Shown: positions 50,101 through 64,000 of the stretch, in pieces
Layout of the letters: each line of letters starts with the position of its first letter
Position numbering within the stretch: position 1 is the first letter of the stretch
Source: Callorhinchus milii
Taxonomy: Eukaryota
Length of the DNA: 64,000 bases
Direction of reading: 5' to 3'
NCBI RefSeq assembly: GCF_018977255.1
Contig: NW_024704742.1
Span: 75,580,001-75,644,000 of the forward strand
Position numbers and translations under genes: made by a program
The notes under the pieces: model-generated
Database searches by the model: none
Seen by the model: the letters and a program-made list of their open reading frames with translations, nothing else
What the model was told of the DNA's origin: nothing

Positions 50101-51316
50101 ACAATTTCATTTGTATAGCGCCTTTCACGTCGGGAGGACATCCCAAGGCGCTGTATAAGTGCAAGTTGTTGTTCACTAAAAACAGGAATCTTTTTGCCAT
50201 GTTTCTATAGCAGGATTCCCCATTCTAAAGGTGTAGCAGCAAGATTGTTATTGTAGTTATCTATCATATAGGCAGCCTACTAATCTCAGAACGTCACTCA
50301 GGGCCATGTGATTTATGGTCACCTTCAACTAGGGTAAGAGAAATAATGGCCATGTTAAGAACAGGATTGTAACAGCTTTATGTGCAATTAAATATCAAAA
50401 TTCTTTCCAAGTGACAGTTTTCCCATCTCAGAAGGTCACTGAGTTCCAGAGAAACACAACATTTTGGGGACATGGCAACGTACAAAAAATCGGAAATTCA
50501 AGAAACAATAATGTCAGTTTGTCACCTCACTTCAGACTCACTTGCTTATTTCAAGAGGGATAGTGCCTGTAGCATTACTTTGTGAAGCTTACCTTGAGAG
50601 GCATCTGGGAGGTGGTGGTGTGGGGGGGGGGGGGGGGGGAGGAATATTATAGACTGATTTTGTTAGCCGATCTCTGGATGAAATAAAGCCTTGCAGCTGG
50701 ACTGTAAAGCACTAGAGGGTGCTAATGAAACAAGATACTGTTATTATTTTATAGTTATAAATTCTGTAAGTATTGAATATGAATGACTTAGATGTCCCAG
50801 AAATGAACAAATCCCTCCTCCCACACACACACAAGTTGGGTCACACATTCAACTTCCGTTTCACAGCATTTGATTGGACTTTACAATCAAAATACCAAAA
50901 AAGCTCTCACTTTTGCTGACTACCATTCAAAAGCCTCTGAGTTAAAATCTGTAACCTGCTTTTAGTTTCCAGTGTTGTTTACACCAAGACATGGTGTTGT
51001 GGAGGGAAAGGGTGTGGGGGGTGCGATTCTTTTCATTCAGCTCTTTTTAACCCTGCAAACCAAAGCCCTGTTGGGCAGGGAGGTCCTAGCTGAACAAGCA
51101 ACAGGAAAATTGTATCTTGGAAATTATAAATTAGAGATCAGAGATGCAGCATCGTCAACAAGTGCTGTTTTTTTTAATTAAGAATAAAACTTGTGAAAAT
51201 GTAATTACAATTTTAAGAGAACACTTTCCTGCAGCTTTTCCTGTTAAGTTATTCACTGGTGACTGTGATGAAACGTACCACACATTGCTGAAGTGTTAAC
51301 TGAATGTTCATCTTAC

Positions 51317-51426
51317 CTTCCTCCAAGTAATAATGGGAGTCGGAACTGCTTTGACCTCACAGGCCAAGTAGACTTGGGAACCAGTCACGTTTTGGATTGG
51401 CTTTGGTGGGATGACGATAACAGGAG
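51317..51426 (-). CDS. IGFBPL1: IGFBPL1-like exon 2 (start of Ig I-set domain)
   Basis: AG acceptor at 51427-51428, GTAAG donor at 51316. 110 nt, phase 1 to 0. Encodes (A)PVIVIPPKPIQNVTGSQVYLACEVKAVPTPIITWRK, close to IGFBPL1 APVVVVPPRSVHNVTGAQVGLSCEVRAVPTPVITWRK. Has an NVT glycosylation sequon. Confidence 0.9.
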
Positions 51427-53224
51427 CTGTCAAAGAGAACATTTGATTTGAGACATTCTTAAATTCTAATATAAGAAAAATGTAAGAACCTCCATCAGCG
51501 ATTGTTTACTGTCAAGTTAGATCCATCTGTCTTTAATGCTTAGTAGCAGACGTGAACTGAATTTAATCTGTAGAAATGCTCAATTTTGTTTTTGTACATT
51601 CTTATCTTGTATATAAGGCTCTCCCTCTGATCAAAGCACTTGACTTTTAATGTAATTATTACAGTAGAGCATGCTCATCACTTTTTAAGAGGCTCAACAG
51701 AAGTTTGCATTGAGAATGAAGATTTGTTATGTGATGTACATTTTAAGTAGGTTTCAAGGAAACTGCTGCCTTTACAGATAAAAGGCATCTTCAGTGTCCA
51801 TCACAGAATCCGTCGCTTCACATGCTCATAGGACACAGCGTACTATGGTTTTGCATCATTATTTGGGCTCGAAGTGCTCCAAGGCACTACCCCAGATGAA
51901 GGACGCTGCATAAATGCAAGTTGTTGTGGGAAAATTCCTAAGATTTTGACTGTATTTGAAATGCCACTCACGTTATATCTGCATGCTGTGTAGCAGCACA
52001 CAAGATAGTTAGATGTTATCCTCACAACTCATAGTTAAATCACTATTAGTATAAGACAATAATCGTTACATTTGATTTAGTGCCTTTCACGTCGGGAGTC
52101 AAAACCGAACTACAATCCGGTCTAGTCACCTGCCTCTTCAGATAGATGTTAAAGAACTCATGGCACTATTCAACAAGTCAGTTTCTCCCAATGTCCTGGC
52201 CAATTCTCCAAATAGATTAAGATATTCACTTCATGGTTGCCATGGTTAATTCCTGGCATGTCAGCCTACAAATACACATGCACTACACTTGACAGCAATT
52301 ATCCATGAATTGCTTTAATATATCTGGATGTTTTAGTCACTTTATTATATAATTGGAAGTAAAGGCCATTTTTCTCTAAGTACTAGTTCTGAATAGTCCT
52401 CCGATACAGATGTATTGTTGGTACTGTCATGCTACATATATATATATATATATATATATATAGGAGGTATCACTTGTGTTCACATGTGCTCTCCAGATAA
52501 AGATTGTTTCCTCTCAAGCTCTTTGTTCTGAATCCTATTTCCTCTATCTATTTTCACTGAAGCAGGCTTGGTGCAATGTCTCTAGCCCTCTCCTCAGTCC
52601 TGAATACTACTGCCAATTCTGATGATGTTGAACAGATTTGTACTTGTTAAAATAATAACAATAATCATAATAATAATTCTTACATTATACATGGTGTCTT
52701 TCTCAATGCACTTCACAAGACAGCGAATTGCAGACTTAAGCAGCAGCCAATTTGTACACAGCAATATCCCACAAACAGCTACGAAGTGAGTGACAACAAC
52801 AAGTTGCATTGATATAGCACCCTCATGCAAGGTAGCATCCCAGGGTGCTTATCTATATTATCTATAAAGCATGTTTTTTCATGCTAAATTCTTCTATTGA
52901 CCAACTTTAGCTGGGGGATTTTTGACTAGGATACCAGGAGAAACTCCCTTTTCTTTGGATATTGCCAAGGGATCTTTACCATCCACCAGACGAGACCTGG
53001 GTTTAACGTCTCATCTAAAGGATGTCCAAACAACGTTGAAAAATTGGTTGTTCATTTCATAGCTTGCTTATGCTGTGAGACATTGCTGTGCACAAATAGA
53101 CTGCCCCGTTCACCTACAAACATGGTACACTTTACAGGATCCTGTGAAGTGCTTTGAGATGTCCTCCTGACCTGAAAATATTATACCAAATACAAGGATT
53201 ATTATTGTTGTTGTTAAATTCTTT

Positions 53225-53500
53225 GCAGGGTTTTGAAGATGGGAAGGAGGGTGTGAGAGAATAATTTTGGGCGGTTCCAGAGACTGGAAGAGTGGCAGCA
53301 AAGTGGTTGAAAGCACATGTGGTGGGGCTGAGGGAGTGGGAACATGCAGCAGACTCAAGTTAGCAGAGCGAAGGCAGTGGGCAGGAGAGTGCAGGGGAGG
53401 AGATTGTGAAAGCAGAATGACTTGGAGAGATTTGAAGGTCAGAAGGAGGATCTTGAAGTCGATCAACCAGGGATAAGATAAGGTCATTGGGCTGGCAGAG
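53225..53500 (-). mobile_element. L2 fragment; similar fragments at about 45850-46140, 48795-48970, 55170-55500 and 61130-61300
   Basis: IDFKILLLTFKSL...LRSANLSLLHVP. Confidence 0.75.
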
Positions 53501-54082
53501 CCAAGTGTGAGAAAGGATACTGGCTGTGAATTTTAACAAAGGATCTACCGGAGACGTTACTATAGCAAGAAAGATTCTTAAGCTAGAATATATCTTAAAA
53601 CAAAAGCTGTGGATATACTCTAATCACAAGAATGTAGAATTTGCACTGTTAATATTATAGTCTCTTTGCAAACAGTTAAGACCTCAAACTGAATCATTGC
53701 AGCAGAGAGGGGAAAGCTGAGATAAAATATAGCGTCTAACACAGAAAAGAACAGTAATTTGTTTGGATCCCTGTGCTAAAGTGGGTGATGAGAAAGGCCC
53801 TTGTAGCATTGCCTTCTTTAGCACATAACACTGGAGTGAAACCACTTTACAGTGACCTGCTTATTTTTTCAGGCTGAATGGAGAGCAAGAGATAAGGTTC
53901 AGGTGAAATTGCTGCAAATGCGACTGTCGCTCCTGAAAGTGGGAAAGAATATACTTTGTGGAAAGATTTTTTGTGCAAAATCTTTCAAATCTGATATGTA
54001 TAATGCAGAAATTTAATTGAAGCTTGGGGGTTATTTTTAAGAGCTGTACTATTAGCATAGCAGGTTGTGAAGATGTAACACA

Positions 54083-54650
54083 TGTTAGAATTTACACTTT
54101 TTGTATAATGTTAGAATCATAATAGATGTTGCGAACGGGTTAACTTTTAAGTTAAATGTGGGGGGGGGGGGCAACTGGACTGAAACTCATGAGTTTCCAA
54201 GGATCACCCGAGTGTCTCAAGGACAAGATGTGTGCTACTGCCCTGCAAGTACACAAGATAACGGACTGTCTCAAGGACAGTGTGTTTGTGTGCGTGAGGC
54301 ACGTACACTCCATGAGATGTTCACTTGAACCCAGCATGATTTTGGCCAGGTGACCTAATGTCCGCACCATGATTTGATGGACACAAGCTTAAGACACCGT
54401 GCCAGACCAAGATCGGGGCACGCCCAGGACAGTACCTACCGTGGATGGAAGACTGAGAGCTAGAAGGCAGAAGTAGACGACCACAAGGAGGGATTACGCG
54501 GTAATATTGTTCTGTTAGTGAATTGATTGATTGTGCTTACTTGCCCACGCCCATCGGGGACTTGGACGGATCCTGCAGTTTAATAAACACCACTCTGGTT
54601 GCAAACAGTGGCTGTGTTTGATTGGAACTCGAAAAGGTTTTTCCTTAACA
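54083..54650 (+). mobile_element. Solo LTR (568 bp) in IGFBPL1 intron 1, antisense to the gene
   Basis: TGTTA...TAACA termini, 4-bp duplication CACA at 54079-54082 and 54651-54654, AATAAA at 54582, and an internal direct repeat tgtctcaaggaca. Confidence 0.8.
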
Positions 54651-57600
54651 CACATAAAAGGTGGTAATTATCATGTTATATGTCATGGCTGCAATACAGC
54701 CAAAATCCTTATTCACACCTTCCACTTCTAGACTTGATTTCCGAAACACTGGTGTCAGCGAGCTCCACAGCTAATGTTCCAGCTCATCCAGAAATCTGCA
54801 GCTCAGTTGGAAGCAGTTGGTGACACAGGAGTTGTAGGTACAAGCTTCACATCTATGCTGGCACTCCAGCACAATGCTAAGCTGTGCTGTACACTGAGGG
54901 CATCATCTTTTGGATGAGATGTTAAAATGAAGTCTGCTGAGCTTGTTTGTCATTTTGTTAGATCATGGCATTTCTTTTAATCCAATTTCCCTACCTTTCC
55001 TTAATTCTCCACATCCCTCAATGTATTTCCTGCCCAAGTTTCTATTTATCTCACATTTAAACATTTCAATCAATTCTGAAAATGAATTCTCTCAATCAAA
55101 TTCTTGGCCACAACTTAATGCTGTACGATTAAACATGCATGTGGTCTATCAATTTTCCTGAATGTGGGGCACTATGGCCCTGCTCCTCCCTACCTCTGTG
55201 ACCTGCCAACCCCATATAGACCTGTCTGTTCCCTCCGCTCAGCAGGCTTCGGCATGCTCCACATCCCCGCCCATCTGCCCCAAGATTGGTGGGTGGGCCT
55301 TTAGCCTCTCTGCCCCCACCCTTTGGAACTCCAACCCACAGTCCTTTGCCTCCTTCTCAAGACTCTCCTCTTCGATCGTGCCTTCGGTCACCCTCGTACC
55401 GCTACCTTCCCCACCCTTCACCTCTCCAGATCCCAACTCTGACCTTGGGTCAAAATCTTTATCCAGCATCTCAATATGTCCTCCCAACATGAAAATGTAA
55501 TTTGTTGTATGCAATCTGTTCAGTTTGGCAATGTATTTCAAGAATCCTGCATCTTCAGGATCTGCATGTTGGCACCTCAAGACTTTCCTCTTCAAAGATG
55601 CCTATAATCACCTCCCATTCAGCACTCTGAGATGTAGGAGTAAAAGTAGTAAATGTAGTAAAGTAGCAATGACAGAGGCCAATTCTAAGCTAATGTGCAA
55701 TTGCTGGCATGAATCAGGAGCATATCTCTGCTGAAATAGTTGAAATGCTATTGTTTCAATGCCTAATAGATGGTGGTTTGCTGCTAAAAGGATAAAACCT
55801 CATTCATCTAGATTTTTTTGATCTTCTCTTTTGATTGCAAGGCGTTCTGCTGCTGAATAACATCCTTTCCTTCCTGTAGATTAATGTGGCTAAAGGAGCC
55901 CGTGTGTACCAGAAGTATTTAATCTTAGTTAACTTGTGATTTACAGCAAACTGTGCATTATATTGGGTTTGATGGTAAAAAATGCACCTTGGCTCCTTCA
56001 GTCAGATCCAACCTGTAAAGCTCAACAACTACCAATAGGAGTGGTCTTGGGCAGCAGCCTTTGTAGTGAGAGCGGCTGCTGCTTAAGTGGAGTGTTCTGT
56101 GCAGATCATGGTGCTCTACTTTACATAATGTAAAAGCCATTCAGTGAAAATGAAGTTCCGCAGCGATGGTGATTCACTGAATCCCCGAAATTACACTGCA
56201 GAAATAGGACATTCAGCCACCGAGCCACACTCCTTCATTGGAGCTCAGTACCCTAAGTTCAATTCCTGTTCTGTACCCTTTTATTTATTTTTCTCTTCAA
56301 ATACTTATAATAATAATAATAATAATCCTTGCATTTGATATAGCACTTTTCACGTCGGGAGGACGTCCCAAAGTGCTTCACAGAACACACTGTAAAGTGA
56401 ATTGACTGTATATATTTGTGGGCGAACGCGGCAGCCAATTGCGCACAGCAAATTATCCAATTGCCCTTTGAATATCTTAGTTCCAATAGGCACTTGAAAT
56501 TCATTAAAATCCACTATTCCTGTGACATGTAAAGCGGGGAAACTGACTTTGCTGATCAGACAGGCAGGATTACTGTAATGAGTTCATTTCTTTGGGCCTT
56601 TGGGGCCAATGATGTTTCACAATGTTGCAATCAAAGCTACTGAACGTGATGAATTCTTTTAGCAGTTTAGAAATCCCTTCATACAGTACAATATCTGCTT
56701 CCTTTTATTTGCCTTTTTAAACCATTCATTTACACCGCTGTGGTTTCCATAGATTAGAACAGAGACTGAACGTGCAGAGATTGCAGAAATGTCACTTGAA
56801 TTCTCCAACAGAAAGAGAAAACTGAGATTACTCACGAAAAATTGTGAGAGAAGAATTCCGATAAATAATAATGAGAAAAAAAACACTGGTTCAAAATCAG
56901 AATATCTATTCCTCTTGCTCACCACGTAGCTTGGTAGAAGGATTAAAGATTGTAGATTTTACCATTTAATCAATTTGTGCCTAGTGTGTGATCTTTAAAG
57001 CTGTTACTATAACCACACTGTTGGAGTCCATTGTAAAGTGTGCATCAAATCAATCTCCCTGCTTGTGAAATAGCAGCATGCATTGAAGGAAGATGCCAAA
57101 TTTCCTATTATCCGATAATCTTTGGTGCCTGTAGGGTGCCTTGGACTCCCATGGACTACATATAGATTTCTATTTGACAGCTGCTCCATTTCACAGTGCT
57201 CTGGCGCCATCTGTTATGGATATTCCATCTGCAACATGGCAAAATCTGAGGCGAGCCCCTTTAATTGAGTCTACAGGGAAAAAACAATTATTGCTCCGTC
57301 AAATCTATTGCGTAAGTCAGCTTTAATTAAGAACTGGAATACATATCCAGAAAAGGTACAGCTCAACGATGTTGCTTGATTTGCTAGGAACCAGAGATTA
57401 TTTTTACAGATATTTCATCTTCAACTTGAAGCAACCCATCTTAAAAATAATCAATCCTCAAACAGTAGTTCAAGGGATCACATGTATTTTGAATATCCAA
57501 GCTCATTGATTGACTACATTTGATCTCCCCCCTACTCCCACTTCTTTGACCACACTATCTCTCTATGGATTCCTCCTCTCTTCCCACCTCCATTACCTCT

Positions 57601-60600
57601 TATAGCATTGTTTGCCTACAAAATATAGTGGCTGTAGCCTGTGAATTGCCTTGAAATGTTTCAGCCACTTGGTAAGGCGCCTTATCAAAGGCAAGGATTA
57701 TTATTATTGTTACATTATGACATCAGTCACTTCACATATTATACAAACTGGTCAAGACTTTATCAGTATCTGGCAGCTATTTAAAAATACATTGAAATGG
57801 GAACCAGTGAAGATCCCTAGCCCTACAGAAGATACTTACAGCCTGACTTCAGCTATCTAACCCACTTGGATAACCTGAGTATTTACAATGGCCCCTTGGT
57901 AGTTCAGGAATGTTGAGTATAATCCTGTAGGTTAGTGATCTGCAACCTTTAATTCAAACTTCAAATTAGTGTTCCATCTCAATACAATAAGTGAGCAAAC
58001 CAAATTAAGTGATTGCTGCTCTATAAAGGTGCAAGCTAACTTTTAACACAAAGAGTTAAATCATGCACATAATTGACTTGGTTCATGATTCATGCATTTT
58101 GAGTTAGTCTGACTTACCAAGACTATTCAAAGAGAATGAGAAGATGAATGGATGACTCCTTGGAATGATGGGTATGTTCTCAAATCCTAGTGGCCAACAT
58201 ACTTACACAATCTGTGGACCAAAGTTAGCCTCAACATGATAAGGCCCATCCGGCATCTTGTAATTGCTGCTGAGATCATGTTTAGTGCATAGAAACAGGT
58301 GTGCTGTCTGGGTAGATCCGAAGGAGTGTGTAAGCCTCAAAGTATGCAAAATGATTATGGTTAATCGCATTCTCTCTGTAATCGATCGGGTAAATAATAG
58401 TACAGAAATTATCAAATCAAGGATGATGGCGCTTTGGCACAGAATCAAAAGAAGCTCCAACAGTGTCAAAGGGAAACTCAGCCAACCTCACCAAGGGTAT
58501 TCTCACTGCAGACCAAGTCACAAAGGTAGTCCTGTCACACGATGTCTGACAAGCCCAGAGAATGAAATTGTTTCAACTTTGAAAAAGAACTGAAACAAAA
58601 TCACCAGCAACAGACCAGGAGGTAAATTGTCATGCTTAAAGGTAAAAACTTAATCTGCTTGAAATGCAAGCATTTGATGTAACCAATGGAATTTGGGGCA
58701 ATGCTTTGAAATGTCTGTTAAGATATCCGTAGGTGCTACTGGTATGTAATGCATGCTTTCTTTAAGTTGTCAGGAGTAAATTACAGTACTGTAGATTCTG
58801 ATATACACTGTGCTAAGTTTGTTCCTCTGAGAAGTTTGAAGTTTGTGCGTATACCCTATGTCTATATACTCCAACCTGTGTACACCAATCACGTTTGTAT
58901 ACTCACCTGTGCATACCAAATATATCTGTGCACTCCATCCTCTATGTTCATCATGTCTGTGAATTCCATTTCAATCTGTGCTCAGTTCCTAATGCGCGTC
59001 ACTGACTGTGACCTTGTAGAGGACATAGCAGTGGCTCCTTGAGAGAGTGAGTCATTGCTGATAAATTGGACAATACTGTTGCCATTTGTCTGTGTGTCAA
59101 GGACAGTAGGGGTTTCTGTCATCTCACAGCAGAATGGCAGAATGATGCGTGTTTTAGCTCCTAGCGCCTTGGGGTTCCTCCCGATGTGAAAAGCACTATA
59201 CAAATGTAATTTTGTTTTGTTGTTGTTGTAGCTATGTCTAATTTGCTTTTAAAGCCTACCACTGCCATTACTCTTGTCCTAACTCTAAAACTTTCCAAAG
59301 CAAATAGTGCAGCTTCTGTAGAGTGGGAGGGTTAGGCCTTGAAGTGGCTAACAACAGTCTGGATAAGACTCAAATCTCTGATAATCCTTCATGCACCAAA
59401 ACAGCAAACCACCTTTAATCTCTGCCATACCAACAGCTAGAATTGAATGCATTCCAGATACCATGTCAGCAAGATCTAATAACTGTTCACATTATATTTC
59501 AGCTCCAAGGTCATTAAAGCAAGGTTATGAATGAAGTGCAGATTGTCAGTTATTTTGACTTATATACAGCTGAACACAGAGCGGCACCCTGTGCTTATTC
59601 GAGCAATCTGTACATTGACATGATTTCCCACTGAGTGGGCAAATATATAAGGAATTCTGTAGTTGGGACATGCACCCAGCTTCCAACAACAGAGCTCCTG
59701 CATACTTCTCTGTATCAATACCCTTAGATATCAAGGACCTCTATTCATGTTCTGCTGATAAAGTAAATGTTTCCCTTTTGCACCTTTTCTTCTTCTTGCC
59801 TCTGTGGCCTCAGTCTGTTTGGTATTTAGAAAGGGAATGCTTCCTTTACTAGCAGGGCTACACTCTGTGACTTGAGCAGTGAGGCAGCAGAGCAGTGCAG
59901 CACTTGCCCACATGATGCGCTTTTGGACAACCTAACACCGAACGAGACAATCTGCCAAATTCTGGACACTCTGAAATACTAATAAAATAGAGCAGATCTA
60001 GATTCAGGAAGAATTTCTCTGCATCTAGACTCATGATGGCATGATTCAACAAAAACAACTTGCACTTATATAGCGCCAGTCACTAAGGATAGCGTCTCGT
60101 AGGGCTTAAAGAGAAAGCAAAGAGTTTCTCCCAATGTCCTGGCCCACAATCCCCCAAATAAAACTGTTCATTAACTTCCTGGATATTTGTGGGAAATTGC
60201 TGTGTGCAAATTGATTCTTGTATTTGCCTGCAAATAAATAGTCACTACAGTTCACAGTAAATCCTGTGAAGCACTTTGAAGTATTTCAACAAAAGGCGAT
60301 AAGGTGCTATAGCAAATGTTAATATTTGCTAATAATAACTGTTGATAATTTGGGGGGATTAATGGACCTCATAATTAAATTATAATGAAATTATAAGACC
60401 TCAAAAACATAAGAGTTTTGTACATATAAACAGGTGGCTTATTATGTTATTACAGTATTTATATTTTTTAACATGTTTTCATTTAAATGATTGTTTTCAA
60501 ATAAGTAAAGCCTCAGTAATACTAATGCTGAATATTGTGGCTCTGGCCCCTCTCAGGGTTAACACGGTTGGTTATGTTTGAAACCACGGTCCTCTGTTGA

Positions 60601-63600
60601 AGCTGAAAAATCTGATCCTTCCGTGTAGCTGCTCCAAGACATTCTAACATAGCTTTTTTTCCATATCCTACACTCACGGTTACTATGGAAACCCAGTTCC
60701 TATGCCGATTATTAAAAATGAACCCAGCATTCTGAGGACGAAGTAAGAATCTGGGAGCATGCATTAGCCAGCGGGAAATCTTGGACTTGTCATTGTAGTA
60801 TTATTTCCACAAATCTTTCTGTTCCCCTAGCAATATTCAGAATCAATCTCCTAATGTAGTATTACGGATGCCTGTACCTTCGACTACTATCAAAAAGACA
60901 ATATTGCTGAATTATTGAAACATTTTCAGATACAATGAAAATGCCACAGACAAAATATGCCGTGAAATACAGCAAATCTGACTGTTTGCTCTTATAACAG
61001 GATAATCCCAGATATTGGACCATAGACAAAAATAGCTGGTCGGCCATCTGTTGAATTGGAAGGAGAAAGGTTTCCTAGTATTAACACAACAAATTGCACT
61101 GATATCACACCCTTCATTGACGATAATATCTCAGAGCACTTCACAAAGACTGGGGCGGATGCCAAGCAAGGGGGAGGGAGAAGGGGAAGATGACCATAGT
61201 TGTGGAGAGGAGGTAGATTTTTAACTGGGATATAGTCAGGTAGAAGGGAGTTGGGGATTGGGGAGGGCAAGACAGAGTCCTCGAGAGAGGGCATTCCAGA
61301 GGTTAGGACTGTAACATGAGTTTACTTGTGTAACAAAATTACAACGTTTCCAATTGAAATCAATGCAGCAGTGAGTAAAATAGTGGCATTGTTGAAGCCA
61401 ATAGGAAACCACCTCAGGCAGGATATTTGGGTGAGGACTGATCGATCACACGCCAGATTTGATGTTGGTTGGTGATTGAGCACTGGCTAGATCTCATTAA
61501 CGCTGCAGAATAAAATAGCTACATTGAGAATCCCAAGCTTGTGGTGAAAAATTTCAGATCTCCAAAGCAAAGTGCTTCATAAAGTACAAACAAAATTAAC
61601 ATCCTAAGTATGTACAAACAGGCCCTTCAGGAAATAATCTCACAAGCTTCATTCACAAAATGCAATACCAAGAGAGCCTCTTCCAGCAAAATACATGGGT
61701 CATAAAATACTGCAATTGCCACTGAATGTAAAGGTTTAAGCTTGGCTTGGGCTAAAATATAGGTTAATGCGATATTGAAGATAGTAGAGAAGAGAAACTG
61801 TATAGGGAGGAGGTGACATTTTCTGGATGAGGACCATTGGACAAAAATTCCTGTTTCATCTTGTAAATCTTGTTTGTTGTAATTTGATACAATTTACATT
61901 TATAGAGCGCCTTTCATATCAGGAGGACATGTCAAAGTGCTTGACACTGCTGGCTGGGCACCTGAGCTGGAGGTGGGAGAGGGGAAAAATGACTAAAAGA
62001 ATGATCAAACAGATTGCTGAGGGCTTATGAGAGGTAGTGTGATAACTATTGGAGGCAGAAATTGCTCATCCAGTAAGTCCCTCTGTTCACTGGCCAGTCT
62101 ATGAAATAAAAAGTGTCTGTATTACCCAGGGTTAGCATTCGATAGCTAGTTAAACGGGATCAGTTAACCTGAACGTTTTGTTTATTAAAGACTAACCAGC
62201 AATAACATTAGTTGTGACTTGATGTGACAGAGAACAGAATAGGAATGGTATTGAGGAGAGAGAAGGAATCTACCTCCAGCTGTTGATAGATACATTACAA
62301 ACAACTCCAAAAAAAAATAATAAATTGGTCACTTCAACCCACGACTGTTTGTGGGACATTGCTGTGCGCAATTTGGCTGCCGCATTTTGCTCACATATGT
62401 ACAGTCAGTTCACTTTATAGTATATTCTGTGAAGAGCTTTGAGACGTCTAGAAGATGTGAAAAGCGCTATATCAAATTTAAGGATTATTATTTATTATTT
62501 AAACTGCACGTTAGACCCCTCTTCTAAGCTCACAAATGAAGAATGACCACTAAGATGAGCTACTGCAGACACTTATGGTACCGTACTTCATTCTGGAATC
62601 AGTGCATTCAAAAACATCTAAATTAAAACAAGCGGAGAACCCCATTTTCTACCCAACTTGTCCACTCAATTACAGTTAAACAATTTTTGGAAACCTATCA
62701 TGTCTTCAAAAAGATCCTGTCTTCTGGAATCTTTCTTTCTTCTTTCCTTTCTTCTGTATGTTTGTGCCTCAGTGAAGGTTATCAGAAGTCAACTGTGACA
62801 ATATAGCAATGTATCTCCTCTTACTCAATTATTTTCAAGGAGTGGAGCCACGTTCATGTTTTAACGTGTTAAATCAATTCAATAGGAAGCATTAGGAACC
62901 TAACCCATGGAATAAATGCTGAGTTGCATACTTCCCTTTATATTATTTTATATGTATTATATATATTAAACGTTTTGCCTCTGTATAAAACTCTGAGAAA
63001 TGTAAGTGATTGGATTTGTTATTAAGTGGACTTGTGAAGACTCATTACAGTTCCGTTAATGAAATCACAGATTCTGGATTCCATTATAGACTATTCGCTG
63101 GACAACTGATGGATGCATTGACTTAAGATATGGCTTGAATGAGCTGGGATTCTTTCAGTTTGATATTGCTCAATCTTCTGAATGTACCTTTAACAAGGAT
63201 GTCAGGCTCAATGTATATATGAAACAATTCATTTTAGTGCTTCTTATTTCAAATTAGAAATACAATTTACCGATGGTTTTCTATATGTGTCAGTCACGTA
63301 CTGCATGTAAAAGTTTGCAACCAAATGACTGTAAAGAAGCTGTTAAATTAACTTCCTCTCCAAATGTCTGTGCACTTGAAAAACAAAATCATTGTTGATT
63401 TAGGGAAGAGCTCCAGGGAAAAGGCTGAGAAAGGAAAGTCTTGTAAGCATTACTAACAGTCGGGGCATCCTATTGATCCTGAACACATCATAAGCCTTTG
63501 TTCACACAAGCATTCATGTATCAAATCATTTTTTTATCCTTTGTTTTACAACGTTTTCTGTTCCTGACAGTGTACCAGATAGTGAGTGACAAGTCAAAGA

Positions 63601-64000
63601 GGTGCCGGCAAAGCCATCCCACACATCCAGCAGCTTATTCTACTCACTTTAATAATAGGCTGGTAGTGGTGGAAATGTCAGCCTTTTTTCCTGTTCAGTC
63701 ACTGAAAAACCCTTTGTTTGGAAGCTTAGGTCTAATAACAAACTGAGATGGGGCTGTTTTTTTAGGACATTTTTGAAATGGTTTTCCACTTACTTTGTCC
63801 GTACAATTTTAAAAATAGAAAAATTATTGCAAATTAAACTAGTCTTGGTTGAGGTGCATACTGCAGAAAGATATAACCTTGTAGAATAAAATTGGTTGTA
63901 ATTTGAGGCATCACTGATACAATGAAGGTGAACAATAAGTTAAGTGAAATGAATTTGCCTTTAGCTTTATCAATACTGTAAATGCAACAAAATGTAAATT

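Noticed and set aside
16631..51426. One gene made of the 17 kb exon 1 plus the 51-43 kb exons
   Set aside because: On the minus strand exon 1 lies downstream of exons 2-5, and the residues point to different paralogs. Only a misassembly could make them one gene.
51427..64000. Search for IGFBPL1 exon 1
   Set aside because: No CpG island or Cys-rich IGFBP/Kazal reading frame was seen. It probably lies beyond the window.

Overview
Vertebrate genomic DNA that is AT-rich and dense in repeats. The repeat set (tRNA-Ala-headed SINEs with an L2 tail, Deu-type SINEs, CR1, L2, Penelope-type ends) suggests a cartilaginous fish, probably a chimaera; this is an inference. Two related genes of the IGFBP-Kazal-Ig family lie in tandem on the minus strand, both partial. 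(1) An IGFBPL1-like gene with exon 2 (51317-51426), exon 3 (47040-47156), exon 4 (46356-46473) and a probable terminal exon 5 (CDS 43302-43339, AATAAA at 42550); its exon 1 was not found and probably lies right of the window. (2) About 25 kb downstream, exon 1 of an IGFBP7-like gene (CDS 16631-17066: signal peptide, IGFBP and Kazal domains) with a TATA box; its remaining exons were not found and probably lie left of the window. That exon is a CpG island between a 1.4 kb GGGCA array touching the TATA box and a 1.8 kb CA-rich array touching the splice donor. The rest is mostly mobile-element debris: two CR1 copies, many SINE and L2 copies, a solo LTR, hAT-like MITEs and a U2 snRNA fragment. The most notable observations are the tandem IGFBPL1-IGFBP7 arrangement, minimal hammerhead-ribozyme motifs in short Penelope-type insertions (three with target-site duplications), and several short locally templated insertions, one copied from a coding exon. 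Almost all long ORFs in the supplied track are repeat artefacts.
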